NCBI RefSeq assembly: GCF_009914755.1
Contig: NC_060940.1
Direction: 5' to 3' (one strand)
DNA: 64,000 bases
From: the human T2T-CHM13v2.0 reference genome, Homo sapiens
Positions 29,190 to 46,507 of this stretch are shown here, piece after piece. Under the pieces are notes generated by a model that was given only the letters and a program-made list of their open reading frames with translations, was not told the origin of the DNA and ran no database searches. The translations under genes were made by a program, and so were the position numbers. Position 1 is the stretch's first letter. The number at the start of each line of letters is the position of its first letter.

Positions 29190-31238
29190 TGCCCTCTCCC
29201 TCTCCCTCCCCCTCCCCCTCTCCCCACGGTCTCCCTCTCCCTCTCTTTCCACGGTCTCCCTCTGATGCCGAGCCAAAGCTGGACTGTACTGCTGCCATCT
29301 CGGCTCACTGCAATCTCCCTGCCTGATTCTCCTGCCTCAGCCTGCTGAGTGCCTGCAATTGCAGGCACGCGCCGCCACGCCTGACTGTTTTTCGTATTTT
29401 TTTGGTGGAGATGGGGTTTCGCTGTGTTGGCCAGGCTGGTCTCCAGCTCCTAACCGTGAGTGATCCGCCAGCCTCGGCCTCCCGAGGTGCCGGGATTGCA
29501 GACGGAGTCTCGTTCACTCAGTGCTCAATGGTGCCCAGGCTGGGGTGCAGTGGCATGATCTCAGCTCGCTACAACCTCCACCTCCCAGCCGCCTGCCTTG
29601 GCGTCCCAAAGTGCCGAGATTGCAGCCTCTGCCCGGCCGCCACCCCGTCTGGGAAGTGAGGAGCGTCTCTGCCTGGCCGCCCATCGTCTGGGATGTGAGG
29701 AGCCCCTCTGCCTGGCTGCCCAGTCTGGAAAGTGAGGAGCGTCTCTGCCCGGCTGCCATCCTGTCTAGGAAGTGAGGAGCGTCTCTGCCCGGCCGCCCAT
29801 CATCTGGGATGTGAGAAGCCCCTCTGCCTGGCTGCCCAGTCTGGAAAGTGAGGAGCGTCTCTGCCCGGCCGCCATACCATCTAGGAAGTCACGAGCGCCT
29901 CTTCCAGGCTGCCATCCCATCTAGGAAGTGAGGAGCGTCTCTGCCCGGCCGCCCATCGTCTGAGATGTGGGGAGCGCCGCTGCCCCACCGCCCCATCTGG
30001 GATGTGAGGAGCGCCTCTGCCCGGCCGCCCCATCTGAGAAGTGAGGAGACCCTCTGCCCGGCAGCCGCCCCGTCTGAGAAGTGAGGAGCCCCTCCGCCCG
30101 GCAGCCACCCCGTCTGGGAAGTGAGGAGCGTCTCTGTCTGGGAAGTGAGGAGCGTCTCCGCCTGGCAGCCGCCCCGTCCGGGAGGGAGGTGGGGGGGTCA
30201 GCCCCCCGCCCGGCCAGCCACCCCGTCCGGCAGGGAGATGGGGGGGTCAGCCCCCCCGCCCGGCCAGCCGCCCCGTCCGGGAGGGAGGTGGGGGGGGTCA
30301 GCCCCCCCGCCCGGCCAGCCGCCCCGTCCGGGAGGGAGGTGGGGGGGTCAGCCCCCCCACCCGGCCAGCCTCCCCGTCTGGCAGGGAGGTGGGGGGGGGT
30401 CAGCCCCCCCGCCCGGCCAGCCGCCCCGTCCAGGAGGGAGGTGAGGGGCGCCTCTGCCCGGCCGCCCCTACTGGGAAGTGAGGAGCCCCTCTGCCCGGCC
30501 ACCACCCCATCTGGGAGGTGTACCCAACAGCTCATTGAGAATGGGCCATGATGACAATGGCGGTTTTGTGGAATAGTAAAGGGGGAAAGGTGGGGAAAAG
30601 ATTGAGAAATCGGATGTTTGCTGTGTCTGTGTAGAAAGAGGTAGACATGGGAGACTTTTCATTTTGTTCTGTACTAAGAAAAATTATTCTGCCTTGGGAT
30701 CCTGTTGATCTATGACCTTACCCCCAACCCTGTGCTCTCTGAAACATGTGCTGTGTCCACTCAGGTTAAATGGATTAAGGGCGGTGCAAGATGTGCTTTG
30801 TTAAACAGATGCTTGAAGGCAGCAGGCTCCTTAAGAGTCATCACCACTCCCTAATCTCAAGTACCCAGGGACACAAACACTGCGGAAGGCCACAGGGTCC
30901 TCTGCCTAGGAAAACCAGATACCTTTGTTCACTTGTTTATCTGCTGACCTTCCCTCCACTATTGTCCTATGACCCTGTCAAATCCCCCTCTGCGAGAAAC
31001 ATCCAAGAATGATCAATTAAAAAAAAAAAAAACAAAAAAACAGGGAAATTCAGAAGAATTTTAAGTAGGGGAATAAAATGGGCAAATATGTATTAAGGGA
31101 TGCTCATTCTGGCAGCAATGGGAGCATACATTAGAGATTTGCCATTTTGGATAAAATATGAGATGTCTAGTAGACGATGGGAATCAAAAATTAAAGAGAC
31201 AACTGTTATTACTTAGGTGGCTCTCAAAAAAAAAAAAA
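29190..31238 (+). mobile_element. SVA (SVA_D-like) with 185-bp 3' transduction
   Basis: Short CCCTCT head, Alu-like domain, GC-rich VNTR (~29630-30520), SINE-R, A-tail 31019-31040, extra sequence, second A-tail 31226-31238; 16-bp TSD gaaaatatggtattat (29174-29189/31239-31254). Confidence 0.97.
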
Positions 31239-31825
31239 GAAAATATGGTATTATGGGAAACACATGGGATTTGAATGCCAAAAGTATGTACTTTAACACT
31301 GATTTATTTGATCTTTAGTAATCCCTTGACCCCCTTGAGCCTTAGTTTGTGTATTCATTCATCTAAACATTTAGTGAATGTACACTGTATGCCTTTTACA
31401 CAGATGAAAGAGAGACAAACCTTGACCTGGAGATGCTTAAAGGTACAAAAACGAAAATATAATGGAATGTTTCCTCATTTGTAGAATTAGAATAACTATA
31501 GCAAACAGTATCATCTACTGCATGGATTCGGTGAGGAAATTACCAGATAATTAATAGTACTTAACTTCTAATGTTTTATAAAACTGCTTTGTAGGTGGGA
31601 GGAGCCAAGATGGCCGAATAGGAAAAGCTCCGGTCTACAGCTCCCAGCGTGAGCAACGCAGAAGACGGGTGATTTCTGCATTTCCATCTGAGGTACCGGG
31701 TTCATCTCACTAGGGAGTGCCAGACGGTGGGTGCAGGTCAGTGGGTGCGCACACCGTGCGCGAGCGGAAGCAGGGCGAGCCATTGCCTCACTCGGGAAGC
31801 GCAAGGGGTCAGGGAGTTCCCTTTC

Positions 31826-32056
31826 CTAGTCAAAGAAAGGGGTGACAGACGGCACCTGGAAAATCGGGTCACTCCCACCCGAATACCGCGCTTTTCCGAC
31901 GGGCTTAAAAAACGGCGCACAAGAGATTATATCCCGCATCTGGCTCGCACCTGGCTTGGAGGGTCCTACGCCCACGGAGTCTCGCTGATTGCCAGCACAG
32001 CAGTCTGAGATCAAACTGCAAGGCGGCAGCGAGGCTGGGGGAGGGGTGCCCACCAT
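31826..32056 (-). CDS. L1 ORF0 homologue (76 aa; C-terminal half frameshifted)
   Basis: MVGTPPPASLPPCSLISDCCAGNQRDSVGVGPSKPG matches recalled ORF0 N-terminus; Kozak ggcaATGg; expression not shown. Confidence 0.7.
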   Translation of the reverse strand: MVGTPPPASLPPCSLISDCCAGNQRDSVGVGPSKPGASQMRDIISCAPFFKPVGKARYSGGSDPIFQVPSVTPFFD

Positions 32057-32518
32057 TGCCCAGGCTTGCTTAGGTAAACAAAGCAGCCTGGAAGCTCGAA
32101 CTGGGTGGAGCCCACCACAGCTCCAGGAGGCCTGCCTGCCTCTGTAGGCTCCACCTCTGGGGGCAGGGCACAGACAAACAAAAAGACAGCAGTAACCTCT
32201 GCAGACTTAAATGTCCCTGTCTGACAGCTTTGAAGAGAGCAGTGGTTCTCCCAGCACGCAGCTGGAGATCTGAGAACGGGCAGACTGCCTCCTCAAGTGG
32301 GTCCCTGACCCCTGACCCCTGACCCCCAGGCAGCCTAACTGGGAGGCACCGCCCAGCAGGGGCAGACTGACACCTCGCACGGCCGGGTACTCCAAAAGAC
32401 CTGCAGCTGAGGGTCCTGTCTGTTAGAAGGAAAACTAACAAACAGAAAGGACATCCACACCAAAAACCCATCTGTACATCACCATCATCAAAGACCAAAA
32501 GAAGATAAAACCACAAAG

Positions 32519-33526
32519 ATGGGGAAAAAACAGAGCAGAAAAACTGGAAACTCTAAAAAGCAGAGCGCCTCTCCTCCTCCAAAGGAACGCAGTTCCTCAC
32601 TAGCAACGGAACAAAGCTGGACGGAGAATGACTTTGACGAGCTGAGAGAAGAAGGCTTCAGACGATCAAATTACTCTGAGCTACAGGAGGACATTCAAAC
32701 CAAAGGCAAAGAAGTTGAAAACTTTGAAAAAAATTTAGAAGAATGTATAACTACAATAACCAATACAGAGAAGTGCTTAAAGGAGCTGATGGAGCTGAAA
32801 ACCAAGGCTCGAGAACTAGGTGAAGAATGCAGAAGCCTCAGGAGCCGATGCGATCAACTGGAAGAAAGGGTATCAGCAATGAAAGATGAAATGAAGCGAG
32901 AAGGGAAGTTTAGAGAAAAAAGAATAAAAAGAAATGAGCAAAGCCTCCAAGAAATATGGGAATATGTGAAAAGACCAAATCTACGTGTGACTGGTGTACC
33001 TGAAAGTGACGGGGAGAATGGAACCAAGTTGGAAAACATTCTGCAGGATATTATCCAGGAGAACTTCCCCAGTCTAGCAAGGAAGGCCAACATTCAGGTT
33101 CAGGAAATACAGAGAACGCCACAAAGATACTCCTCGAGAAGAGCAACTCCAGGACACATAATTGTCAGATTCACCAAAGTGGAAATGAAGGAAAAAATGT
33201 TAAGGGCAGCCAGAGAGAAAGGTCGGGTTACCCACAAAGGGAAGCCCATCAGACTAACAGCAGATCTCTCGGCAGAAACGCTACAAGCCAGAAGAGAGTG
33301 GGGGCCAATATTCAACATTCTTAAAGAAAAGAATTTTCAACCCAGAATTTCATATCCAGCCAAACTAAGCTTCATAAGTGAAGGAGAAATAAAATACTTT
33401 CCAGACAAGCAAATGCTGAGAGATTTTGTCACCACCAGGCCTGCCCTAAAAGAGCTCCTGAAGGAAGCGCTAAACATGGAAAGGAACAACTGGTACCAGC
33501 CGCTGCAAAATCATGCCAAAATGTAA
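32519..33526 (+). CDS. L1 ORF1p, open, 335 aa
   Basis: MGKKQSRK...QNHAKM; REKG, ARR and YPAKLS motifs intact; 3-aa deletion in coiled coil. Confidence 0.93.
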   Translation: MGKKQSRKTGNSKKQSASPPPKERSSSLATEQSWTENDFDELREEGFRRSNYSELQEDIQTKGKEVENFEKNLEECITTITNTEKCLKELMELKTKARELGEECRSLRSRCDQLEERVSAMKDEMKREGKFREKRIKRNEQSLQEIWEYVKRPNLRVTGVPESDGENGTKLENILQDIIQENFPSLARKANIQVQEIQRTPQRYSSRRATPGHIIVRFTKVEMKEKMLRAAREKGRVTHKGKPIRLTADLSAETLQARREWGPIFNILKEKNFQPRISYPAKLSFISEGEIKYFPDKQMLRDFVTTRPALKELLKEALNMERNNWYQPLQNHAKM

Positions 33527-33589
33527 AGACCATCGAGACTAGGAAGAAACTGCGTCAACTAATGAGCAAAATAACCAGCTAACATCATA

Positions 33590-37397
<3,808 letters not shown>

Positions 37398-37643
37398 ACA
37401 ATGAGAACACATGGACAGAGGAAGGGAAACATCATACTCTGGGGACTGTTGTGGGGTGGGGGGAGGGGGGAGGGGGGAGGGATAGCATTGGGAGATATAC
37501 CTAATGCTAGATGACGAGTTAGTGGGTGCAGCGCATCAGCATGTCACATGTATACATACGTAACTAACCTGCACATTGTGCACATGTACCCTAAAACTTA
37601 AAGTATAATAAGAAAAAAAAAATACAAAAAAAGTGCTTTGTAA

Positions 37644-37916
<273 letters not shown>

Positions 37917-38039
37917 TAATGAAGGTTCTTCTAATTTCTTTTTTGGAATAAATGAAGAAATTGGAACCCTGGTTCAAGCTCTTGTCAGCCTACTTCCCAG
38001 TTATACATTTAGAATGTGAGTAGTTTTTATGTTTCTTCT

Positions 38040-38610
38040 TTTGTGTTAAATTGGTATATAATTCACATACCACAAAACCCACCAGTTTACAGTGTACAAT
38101 TCAGTGGTTTTTAGTACACTGACAAGGCTGTGCAACTGACACCAATTCCAGAATATTTTCATTACCACAAAAAAAACCCCACACCCAAGAGCACTTAGTT
38201 CCCATTTCTTCCTCCCTCCAGCCCCTGGTAACCACTACTGTCCTTTCTACCTCTATGAAGTTGCCTATTCTGGACCTTTCATATAAATGAAGTTGGACAA
38301 TATGTGGCCTTTTGTGTCTGGCTGTATTCGCTTAGAATAGTTTAGTATGGTTCATCATATTGTTGCACGTTTCATGTTTTTGTGACTGAATAATATTCCA
38401 CTGTATGAATATACCATATCTGTGGTTTACCCATTCATCAGTTCATGGGCATTTCGTCTGTTTCCACTTTCTGGGGGATTATGAATAATGCTGCTATGGA
38501 CATTCATGTACAAGTTTTATGTGGACATGTTTTCTGTTCTCTTGGGAATATACCTAGGAGTGGAATTTTGAGTCATATGCTAACTCTGTGTTTAATTTTT
38601 TGAAGAACTG
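38040..38610 (-). mobile_element. Old L1M 3' fragment
   Basis: ggtatataattcacatacc...gttgcctattctggacctttcatataaat...gaataatgctgctatg. Confidence 0.8.
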
Positions 38611-39559
38611 AGTAGTTTGATTTTGTTAACTGCTTTTCTAACCTTAATTCACAAAAGCCTCTAATGAAGGAATGGTAAAAAGCCATTGCAAATGCATGTG
38701 AAAAATAATGCAAAGGGATACAATAAAGGAAATCCACACAGCTCCCATAAAACCAAACTGCATTAGGTGTTATTGCTTGTGGAGTTCCAATTTAATGGTA
38801 GGTGTTCCTTTTGAGTTGTATTAGGGTGGTAAACTTTTCTGAGGTTATGTGCAATTATGTTTTAGCTGTCATCCTCTGGATTAAAAAAAAAATCCCTCAG
38901 GTTCCAAAGTGAACAATGTTGTAAAAATGAGCTAAATGGGAAAGCTTGACTTATGACTTAGTGCACTTAATTTTCCTTGTTGGAGATCTGTACCTCTCTG
39001 AGAGGGAAAACAATGGTCATTTCACTTATAAGGGGCCTTTTTTTAGTAGGAAGAAAAAAAAAAGACAAGGGAGCAAAACTGTTTAGTTCTGGTACATGGA
39101 TAAAAGATGCTTACCTACTTTAAAACAAAAGGTGAGAAGAGTTTTTTTAGTCCCAAGTTGCAAGATAGGTTATTTTTACTGAAACATGTGATTTTAAACG
39201 AAATGTTTATTAGACTAGGTAGCTATTATTACATACATGTTACTCAACTTGGAGAGACCTAGAGGCAGTTACTAGCTGTCAATAGACATAAAACACAAAA
39301 ACACCTTTAAATTTTTCCTTTAGCAAAGTCAGTTCTTTCATGTGTACCTTCTTCCTAGAGGACATTATTAAAGTTGTGAGTGTCAGTATGCATATTCTTT
39401 TAAACTCTTAAATTGTCACCTTCTGCTTCTCTATGTTTCTATCCCTTTCCTATCCACTCATGCCTGAGCTTCCCGAACATATGTCTTTATCCGTGTCAAT
39501 ACTTCCATCTTTGTAAATTTGCTTATATTTGGCTCATGAAGCAAAGCAGAATACTACAT

Positions 39560-39980
39560 TCTTTCTTGCAATTATTGTTGTGTAACAAATTAACCTAAAA
39601 TTTACTGGCTTAGAACTAGAATCATTTTATTTCTCATGATTCAGTGGGTTGACTGGGCAGTTTCTGCTGGTTTTGACTAAGTTATTCATGCAGCTACACT
39701 CAGCTGGTGTTACCTGGGGTTGGGGTTTGGTGGGATGACTGCACTGGCCTGCCTCTTCATGGTCTTTCATCCTGAAGGAGAATAGCCTGGCTTTTTTCAC
39801 ATGCTATCTCAGGGCCACACTCCAAGAGGGCAAGTCCCACAGTATAAGGGCTATCAGGGTTCTGCTTGGGTCATGTTCGCTGATGTCTCCTTGGCCAAAG
39901 TCAGTGTGGGTTGGGGCTAATAATGGTATGAATACTGGGGAGGCATGAATTATTGGGGGCCATTAGTGTAGCATTTTATA
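39560..39980 (-). mobile_element. MaLR LTR (MLT1-type) remnant
   Basis: ttgttgtgtaacaaattaacctaaaatttactggctta...tctcatgattc. Confidence 0.6.
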
Positions 39981-40129
39981 CCTGAATGTTCATTAAGGTA
40001 AACTGTATTTTTCTTTTTTCTCCTCACTTTTCAGTTTGGGGAGTTTCAGTTGACATATCTTCAAGGTCACTAATTCTTTCCTTGGCCAGGTCTAAGCCCA
40101 TCAAAGGCATTCTTCATTCCTATTTACAG

Positions 40130-40355
40130 CAAGCCACTTGTCCAACCCACTGCCCGCAGGCCACATGTGGCCCAGGGTGGCTTTGAATGTGGCCCAACAC
40201 AAATTCATAAACTTTCTTAAAACATCATGAGTTTTTTTTTTTTTTAATTTTTAGTTCATCAGCTGTCATTAGTGTTAGTGTATTTTATGTGTGGCCCAAG
40301 ACAATTCTTCTTCTTCCAGTTTGGCCCAGGGAAGCCAAAAGATTGGACATGCCTG
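40130..40355 (-). mobile_element. MER30 (hAT-Charlie MITE)
   Basis: cttgtccaaccc...ggcccaagacaattcttcttcttccag...ggaagccaaaagattggaca; degenerate ttacag-containing TSD. Confidence 0.85.
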
Positions 40356-40415
40356 TATTACAGTGTTTTTTATTTCTAGCATTTTTTCCATCAGAGCTCT
40401 TAGCATATTAATCAC

Positions 40416-40917
40416 AGGCTCACTGCAACCTCCAACTCCTGGGTTCAAATGATTCTCCTGCCTCAGCCTCCCAAGTAGCTGGGATTACAGGCACATACCA
40501 CCATACCCAGCTAATTTTTTTGTGTTTTTAGTAGAGACAAGGTTTCACCATGCTGGCCAGGATGGTCTCAAACTTCTTACCTCAGGTGAGGCCAGAGGTC
40601 ACTTTGGCCTGCCCAAGTGCTGGGATTACAGGCGTGAGCCACCGCGCCTGCCCTTTATTTATTTATTTAACACAGGGTCTTGGTCTGTCATCCAGGCTGA
40701 AGTGCAGTGATGCGATCTTGGCTCACTACAGCCTCGATATCCTGGGCTTTAGGCCCACCTCAGCCTCCTGTGTAGCTGAGAATACAGGCAAGTGCCATCA
40801 CGTCTGGCTAATTTTTGTTATTTCTCGAGCCCAGTCTCGAACCCCTGGGCTCAAGCAATCTGCCTGCCTTGGCATCCCAAAGTGCTGGATTACAGGTGTG
40901 AGCCACCACACCTAGCC
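40416..40917 (-). mobile_element. Two adjacent antisense Alus (about 40416-40652 and 40654-40917)
   Basis: Alu sequence; first lacks its tail, second has an internal deletion. Confidence 0.88.
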
Positions 40918-40919
40918 CA

Positions 40920-41995
40920 CAGTTATTTTAAATTCCCTGTCTCTATAATTTGACAGTCTTTGCCATAACTGAGTCTAGTTCTTCTACTTGCTTTATCCAT
41001 TCAGAGTGTGTGGCTTTTGTTTGTTTTGCCTTTTAGTGTGGCTTGTAATTTGTTGTTGAAAGCTGTACATGATGTATTGCATAAAAGGAACATGGTAAGT
41101 AGTCATTTAGTGTGAGGTTATCTAGCTATGAGTTAGGCTGCCTTTGCTGGTAGTTGCAGCTGTAGATGTCAGAGACGAAAACATCATCTAATGCTTATTT
41201 TTGTTTCCTCTGTAGTATTTGGGTTTCCCTAGAGACTCCTTATTATTTATTGTTATTGACTTCTTCATCCTCTCATTATGAAACACTAGAGATTCCTTCT
41301 GAAATAGGGCCTGAGCTTTGCTCAACTATAATCCCTATTATTATATAGCAGACTGATTAATGTGATGGCAAGGCGTCAGGGGAGGGTAAGTGTTTAATGG
41401 TCCTTTAACTGTTAGTCTTGTCCCCCCAACCACCCACCTGCCCCTTAGGTGAGATAGGCTAAAGGGGGCTGGAGTTGGGTATTTCACTTCTCTCATGTCA
41501 GTTAGACTCTGGTAAAACCCAGCTTGGTTAGGTGTTGGTAAAATAGTTTCCCTTGAGGACAGGCCTTTGTTAAGGAGAGCAGTAACTCTGGAAGTTTGTT
41601 TGTTTGTTTTTTAAAATGTTTACTCTCTTCCCTCTACACACACAGAAACACAAGGGCATTTTCCCCTCAGCTTTTGACCCTGAGAACTTGATAGGTACTC
41701 TAAGGCTGGGCCTCCAGGAGTTCTTAATGTTTTAAACGAGTCTCATTCTCAGTCTCTAGCAATTAGTCAATCGCCCTTGAAGTGTTCCTACCAGTTGCTG
41801 GCTCTAGCTGCGGCTTCTACTCAGTAATCTGTGATTCTCTGTATTTGTCTGTTCTGGTTTTGGGGGCAGTGGTCTGTCCCGTGTCTTCATTCTTTGATGG
41901 ATCTAAGAAGAGCTGTTGATTTTCAGTTTGTTCTTTTTTTTTGGTGAGGATAAGAGTACAACTTCCAACCTCTTTACATGTTGGATGGGAAACCA
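40920..41995 (-). mobile_element. Ancient L1MC/L1M 5'-region fragment
   Basis: gttgttgaaagctgtacatgatgtattg...gatctaagaagagctgttgattttcagtttg. Confidence 0.55.
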
Positions 41996-42288
41996 CAAGA
42001 TCTCAAAACTATAGTGGTTAAAATATTTTGTAAAATTTTATTTTAATTTTATTAAAAAAATTTTTTTTTTTTTCAGATCTAGGCCTGCAGAGGTTAAAAG
42101 ATTTTTCACTCATTATTCATTCTTTTGTTCTTTCTTATCTATCCTTTACATTTAAGTATATTTAAAAAAATGGGCAACCAGGCCTATTTTATTTTATTAA
42201 ATAATTTTCGTTTCTTCTGTTTCAACAAAACCTACATTCAAAAGGCCTATTTTAGATTTTTTATTGACATCTTTAAAACGTAAAATAT

Positions 42289-42552
42289 AGCACTTTGGGA
42301 GGCCAAGGCTATATTTTGAGCCCAAGAGTTCAAGGCCAGCCTGGGCAACATGGTGAAACCTCACCTCTACAAAAAATAAAAAATAAGCTGGGTGTGTTGG
42401 TGCACACCTGTAGTCCCAGCTACTAGGGAGGCTGCAGTGGGAGGATCTCTTGAGCCCAGGAGGTTGAGGCTGCAGTCAGTTATAATCACAGCACTGCACT
42501 CTAGCCTTGGTGACAGAGTGAGACCTTGTCTCAAATAAATAAATACAAATAA
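42289..42552 (+). mobile_element. Alu (AluJ-like), 5'-truncated
   Basis: agcactttgggaggccaagg...gagaccttgtctcaaataaataaa. Confidence 0.9.
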
Positions 42553-43552
42553 AGTAAAATCTTGAAATAAAGGAGGATTAATCTTCTCAATTACTACTTT
42601 TGGTGAATATACATAATTAAGTTAAATGTATTATTATTATGGTTAGTAAACTGTTCACTAAACTGTAATGAAAAATAAATGTTTTGTGTAAAGAACAATT
42701 AAAAAATAAAATTCCAGGCTATTTACCAAGTTATTCAGAAATTCTAGAGCAACTAAGTGAAACCAATGGGAATATCTGTCTAGAATATGAGTTTTTCCTC
42801 AATGAAGTTAAGAAATAAAGAGAAAACATTTAAAGATATTATAGTTTTTGTGTCTACTATAGCGTTAAAAAACCAGAACAAGATTTTTCTTTTTTGATTG
42901 TTAAATTATTTTTGTGTGTATTCTCCTAATAAAGTTACATTTCCCATTATGTTGACTTTGCTAATGCTACATCTGCATTTCTTCTTACTCACTTCTTCTG
43001 GTCCATGCATACCAATCCTTCAAATGACGACTTCCTTGACAAAGTGTTACCTGATCAATTCAGTCAATAATGGTCTTTCTTTGAACTCTATTGCACTTAT
43101 TGCTTTGTAATGACTATTTATGAGGGTATTTTCAAATGTATATGTCTGGCTCCTAATATATAAAGTTCTTGATAATGGTAACCTCATCTAAGTATATTTT
43201 CATATTCACAGCACCTGGCAAAGTATCATGCACAGTTATCCAGCAAACAAGGTCAAGGGTATCAGATTTCTAGGACGTCTTGTAGAATATGGAATCCTAG
43301 TTCTTTCATAAGACTCCATTCTGGACACCTAAGTTTATAGAAGAAAGGGCTAATGAATAGTGAAGTCAGTCACTTATAAACACCCTTCTGAGAAATCTTT
43401 CATTAGCAGCTCATCTTGTTCTCTAGCGCTGCAAATAAATTATAGACTCTTTAGGACAATGAATATATTTCACACTTCTCCTCAATGTGCCTGGGATTAC
43501 AGCTTGTATTTGGTAGATGTTCAAAAATACTTTTTCTACTTAATATATATAT

Positions 43553-43730
43553 ATATTTAAAACTTTATTTTAAGTTCCGGGATATATGTGCAGAATGTGC
43601 AGGTTTGTTACATAGGTACACATGTGCCATGGTGGTTTGCTGCACCTATCAACCCATCATCTAGGTTTCAAGCCCCACATATATTAGGTATTTGTTCTAA
43701 TGCTCTCCCTCCCCTTGCCCCCGACTCCCC
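43553..43730 (-). mobile_element. Short L1PA 3'UTR insertion
   Basis: gtgcaggtttgttacataggta...ggtggtttgctgcacctatcaaccc. Confidence 0.85.
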
Positions 43731-44558
43731 TCAATAAATTTTTGAATAATAATAAAAAAATCTTCAGAGCAACCCACTGTGGAGTTTGCTGTATATGTGC
43801 ACCATCCCCCACACCTCCACAGCTAACACACACTTTACAAATGATTCTGATGCTCTTGAACTTTTCAATTGTCCATTCTCTAAGACTCTCTTAACAATTT
43901 CTATTTATTCTCTTGCTTTCATCTTTTTTTCACTTGCTCCTACTTATTTTATAGATTTGTCCTTATAAGTTTCTTTTTATTTTATTTTTCCTACCCCTTA
44001 CCCTTATTTAACCTCATCTCTTCTTTAGTTCTTTGTAAATGTGTGGTTGTGTTTGTATGTTGAGGGCAGGGTGGTGGTGCTACAAAATCACTCAATTTTG
44101 AAGACATAGGTTATTAAAGTTTTATAGCCCATTATTGTTTCACTGGAAGAATCATCACACAAAACTGGTAGAAAGGAGACCCTTGATTGTCATTTCCAGG
44201 AAAGAACCAGTTGAAGTAAATAACAGTACTCCCAATTTTCTCTTCTCATCTCTATGGCATTCCTGTCTCTCATGTCATTTATCCATATGCCACAATCACC
44301 TAGTACACTGCTACTATTATTACTTTAAACAAAGTTTTTTTTAGCTCAATTAAGAATAAGAAAAATAAAAGACCTTATTTTACATCCAGGTATTCCTTCT
44401 CTAATGTTCTTCCTTCCTTATGTAGATACAAGTTTCTGACTTATCATATTCCTTCTCCTTGAATAACTTATTTTAACATTTCTTGATCAATGTCCTCATT
44501 TCTTAATCAATTTCCTCAGTTTTTGTTTGTCTGATAGCCTTTATTTCTCCCTCACTTT

Positions 44559-44794
44559 CTTTTTGTTGTTGTTGTTGTTTTAATTTCTTCTAAAAAACAA
44601 AACAAAATGGGATACATGTGCAGAATGTGCAGGTTTGTTACATAGGTATACGTGTGCCATGGTGGTCTGCTGGACCTATTGACCTGTCTTCTAAGTTCCC
44701 TCCCCTCACCCTGCACCCCCCAACAGGCCCTAGTGTGTGCTGTTCCCCTCTCTGTGTCCATGTGTTCTCAATGTTCAACTCCCACTTATGAGTG
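44559..44794 (-). mobile_element. Short L1PA 3'UTR insertion within an older L1M
   Basis: 17-bp TSD tatttctccctcacttt (44542-44558/44795-44811). Confidence 0.9.
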
Positions 44795-45329
44795 TATTTC
44801 TCCCTCACTTTAAAAAGATAATTTTGCTGGATACAGAATTGTAGGTTGGTGTTTTTTTCTTTTGGCATTACAACACTTTAAATATTTCACTGCATTTTCT
44901 TTTTACTTGCATGCTTTCTGAGAAGAAGGTAGCTGTAATTCTAATCTTGTTCTGCTATAGGTATTTTTTCCTCTAGCTTATTTCAAGATTTTTCTTTGTC
45001 TTTGCTCTTCTGCAGTCTGACAATGATATGCATAAGTGTAGTTTTTTTTTTTTTTTGGTATTTATCCTGCATGGTGTGGTCTGAGCAACCCGAACCTGTG
45101 GTTTGGTGTGTCATTACTTTTAGAAGATTCTTGGCTATTAATTACTTCACCTATTTCTTTTGCTCTGTTCTCTCTTCTCCTTCTGATACTCTAATTTTCC
45201 TTATCGTCTGCTCTTGCAGTTTGTTTGCTTACAATGCTCCACTATTATATTGAGCCCTGGGGTGTGGTGGTAAAGTGCTGAGGTGGGGGGAAGCATTCTA
45301 AAATTTTATGATTTTAGAATAATCAGTCT

Positions 45330-46507
<1,178 letters not shown>

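Noticed and set aside
29630-30520. Repeat array that could be mistaken for CRISPR
   Set aside because: SVA VNTR: tandem 35-50-bp units without unique spacers, in a primate genome
29070-31012. Multiple GC-rich ORFs up to 204 aa
   Set aside because: All lie in the SVA Alu-like/VNTR/SINE-R; open frames come from stop-poor tandem repeats
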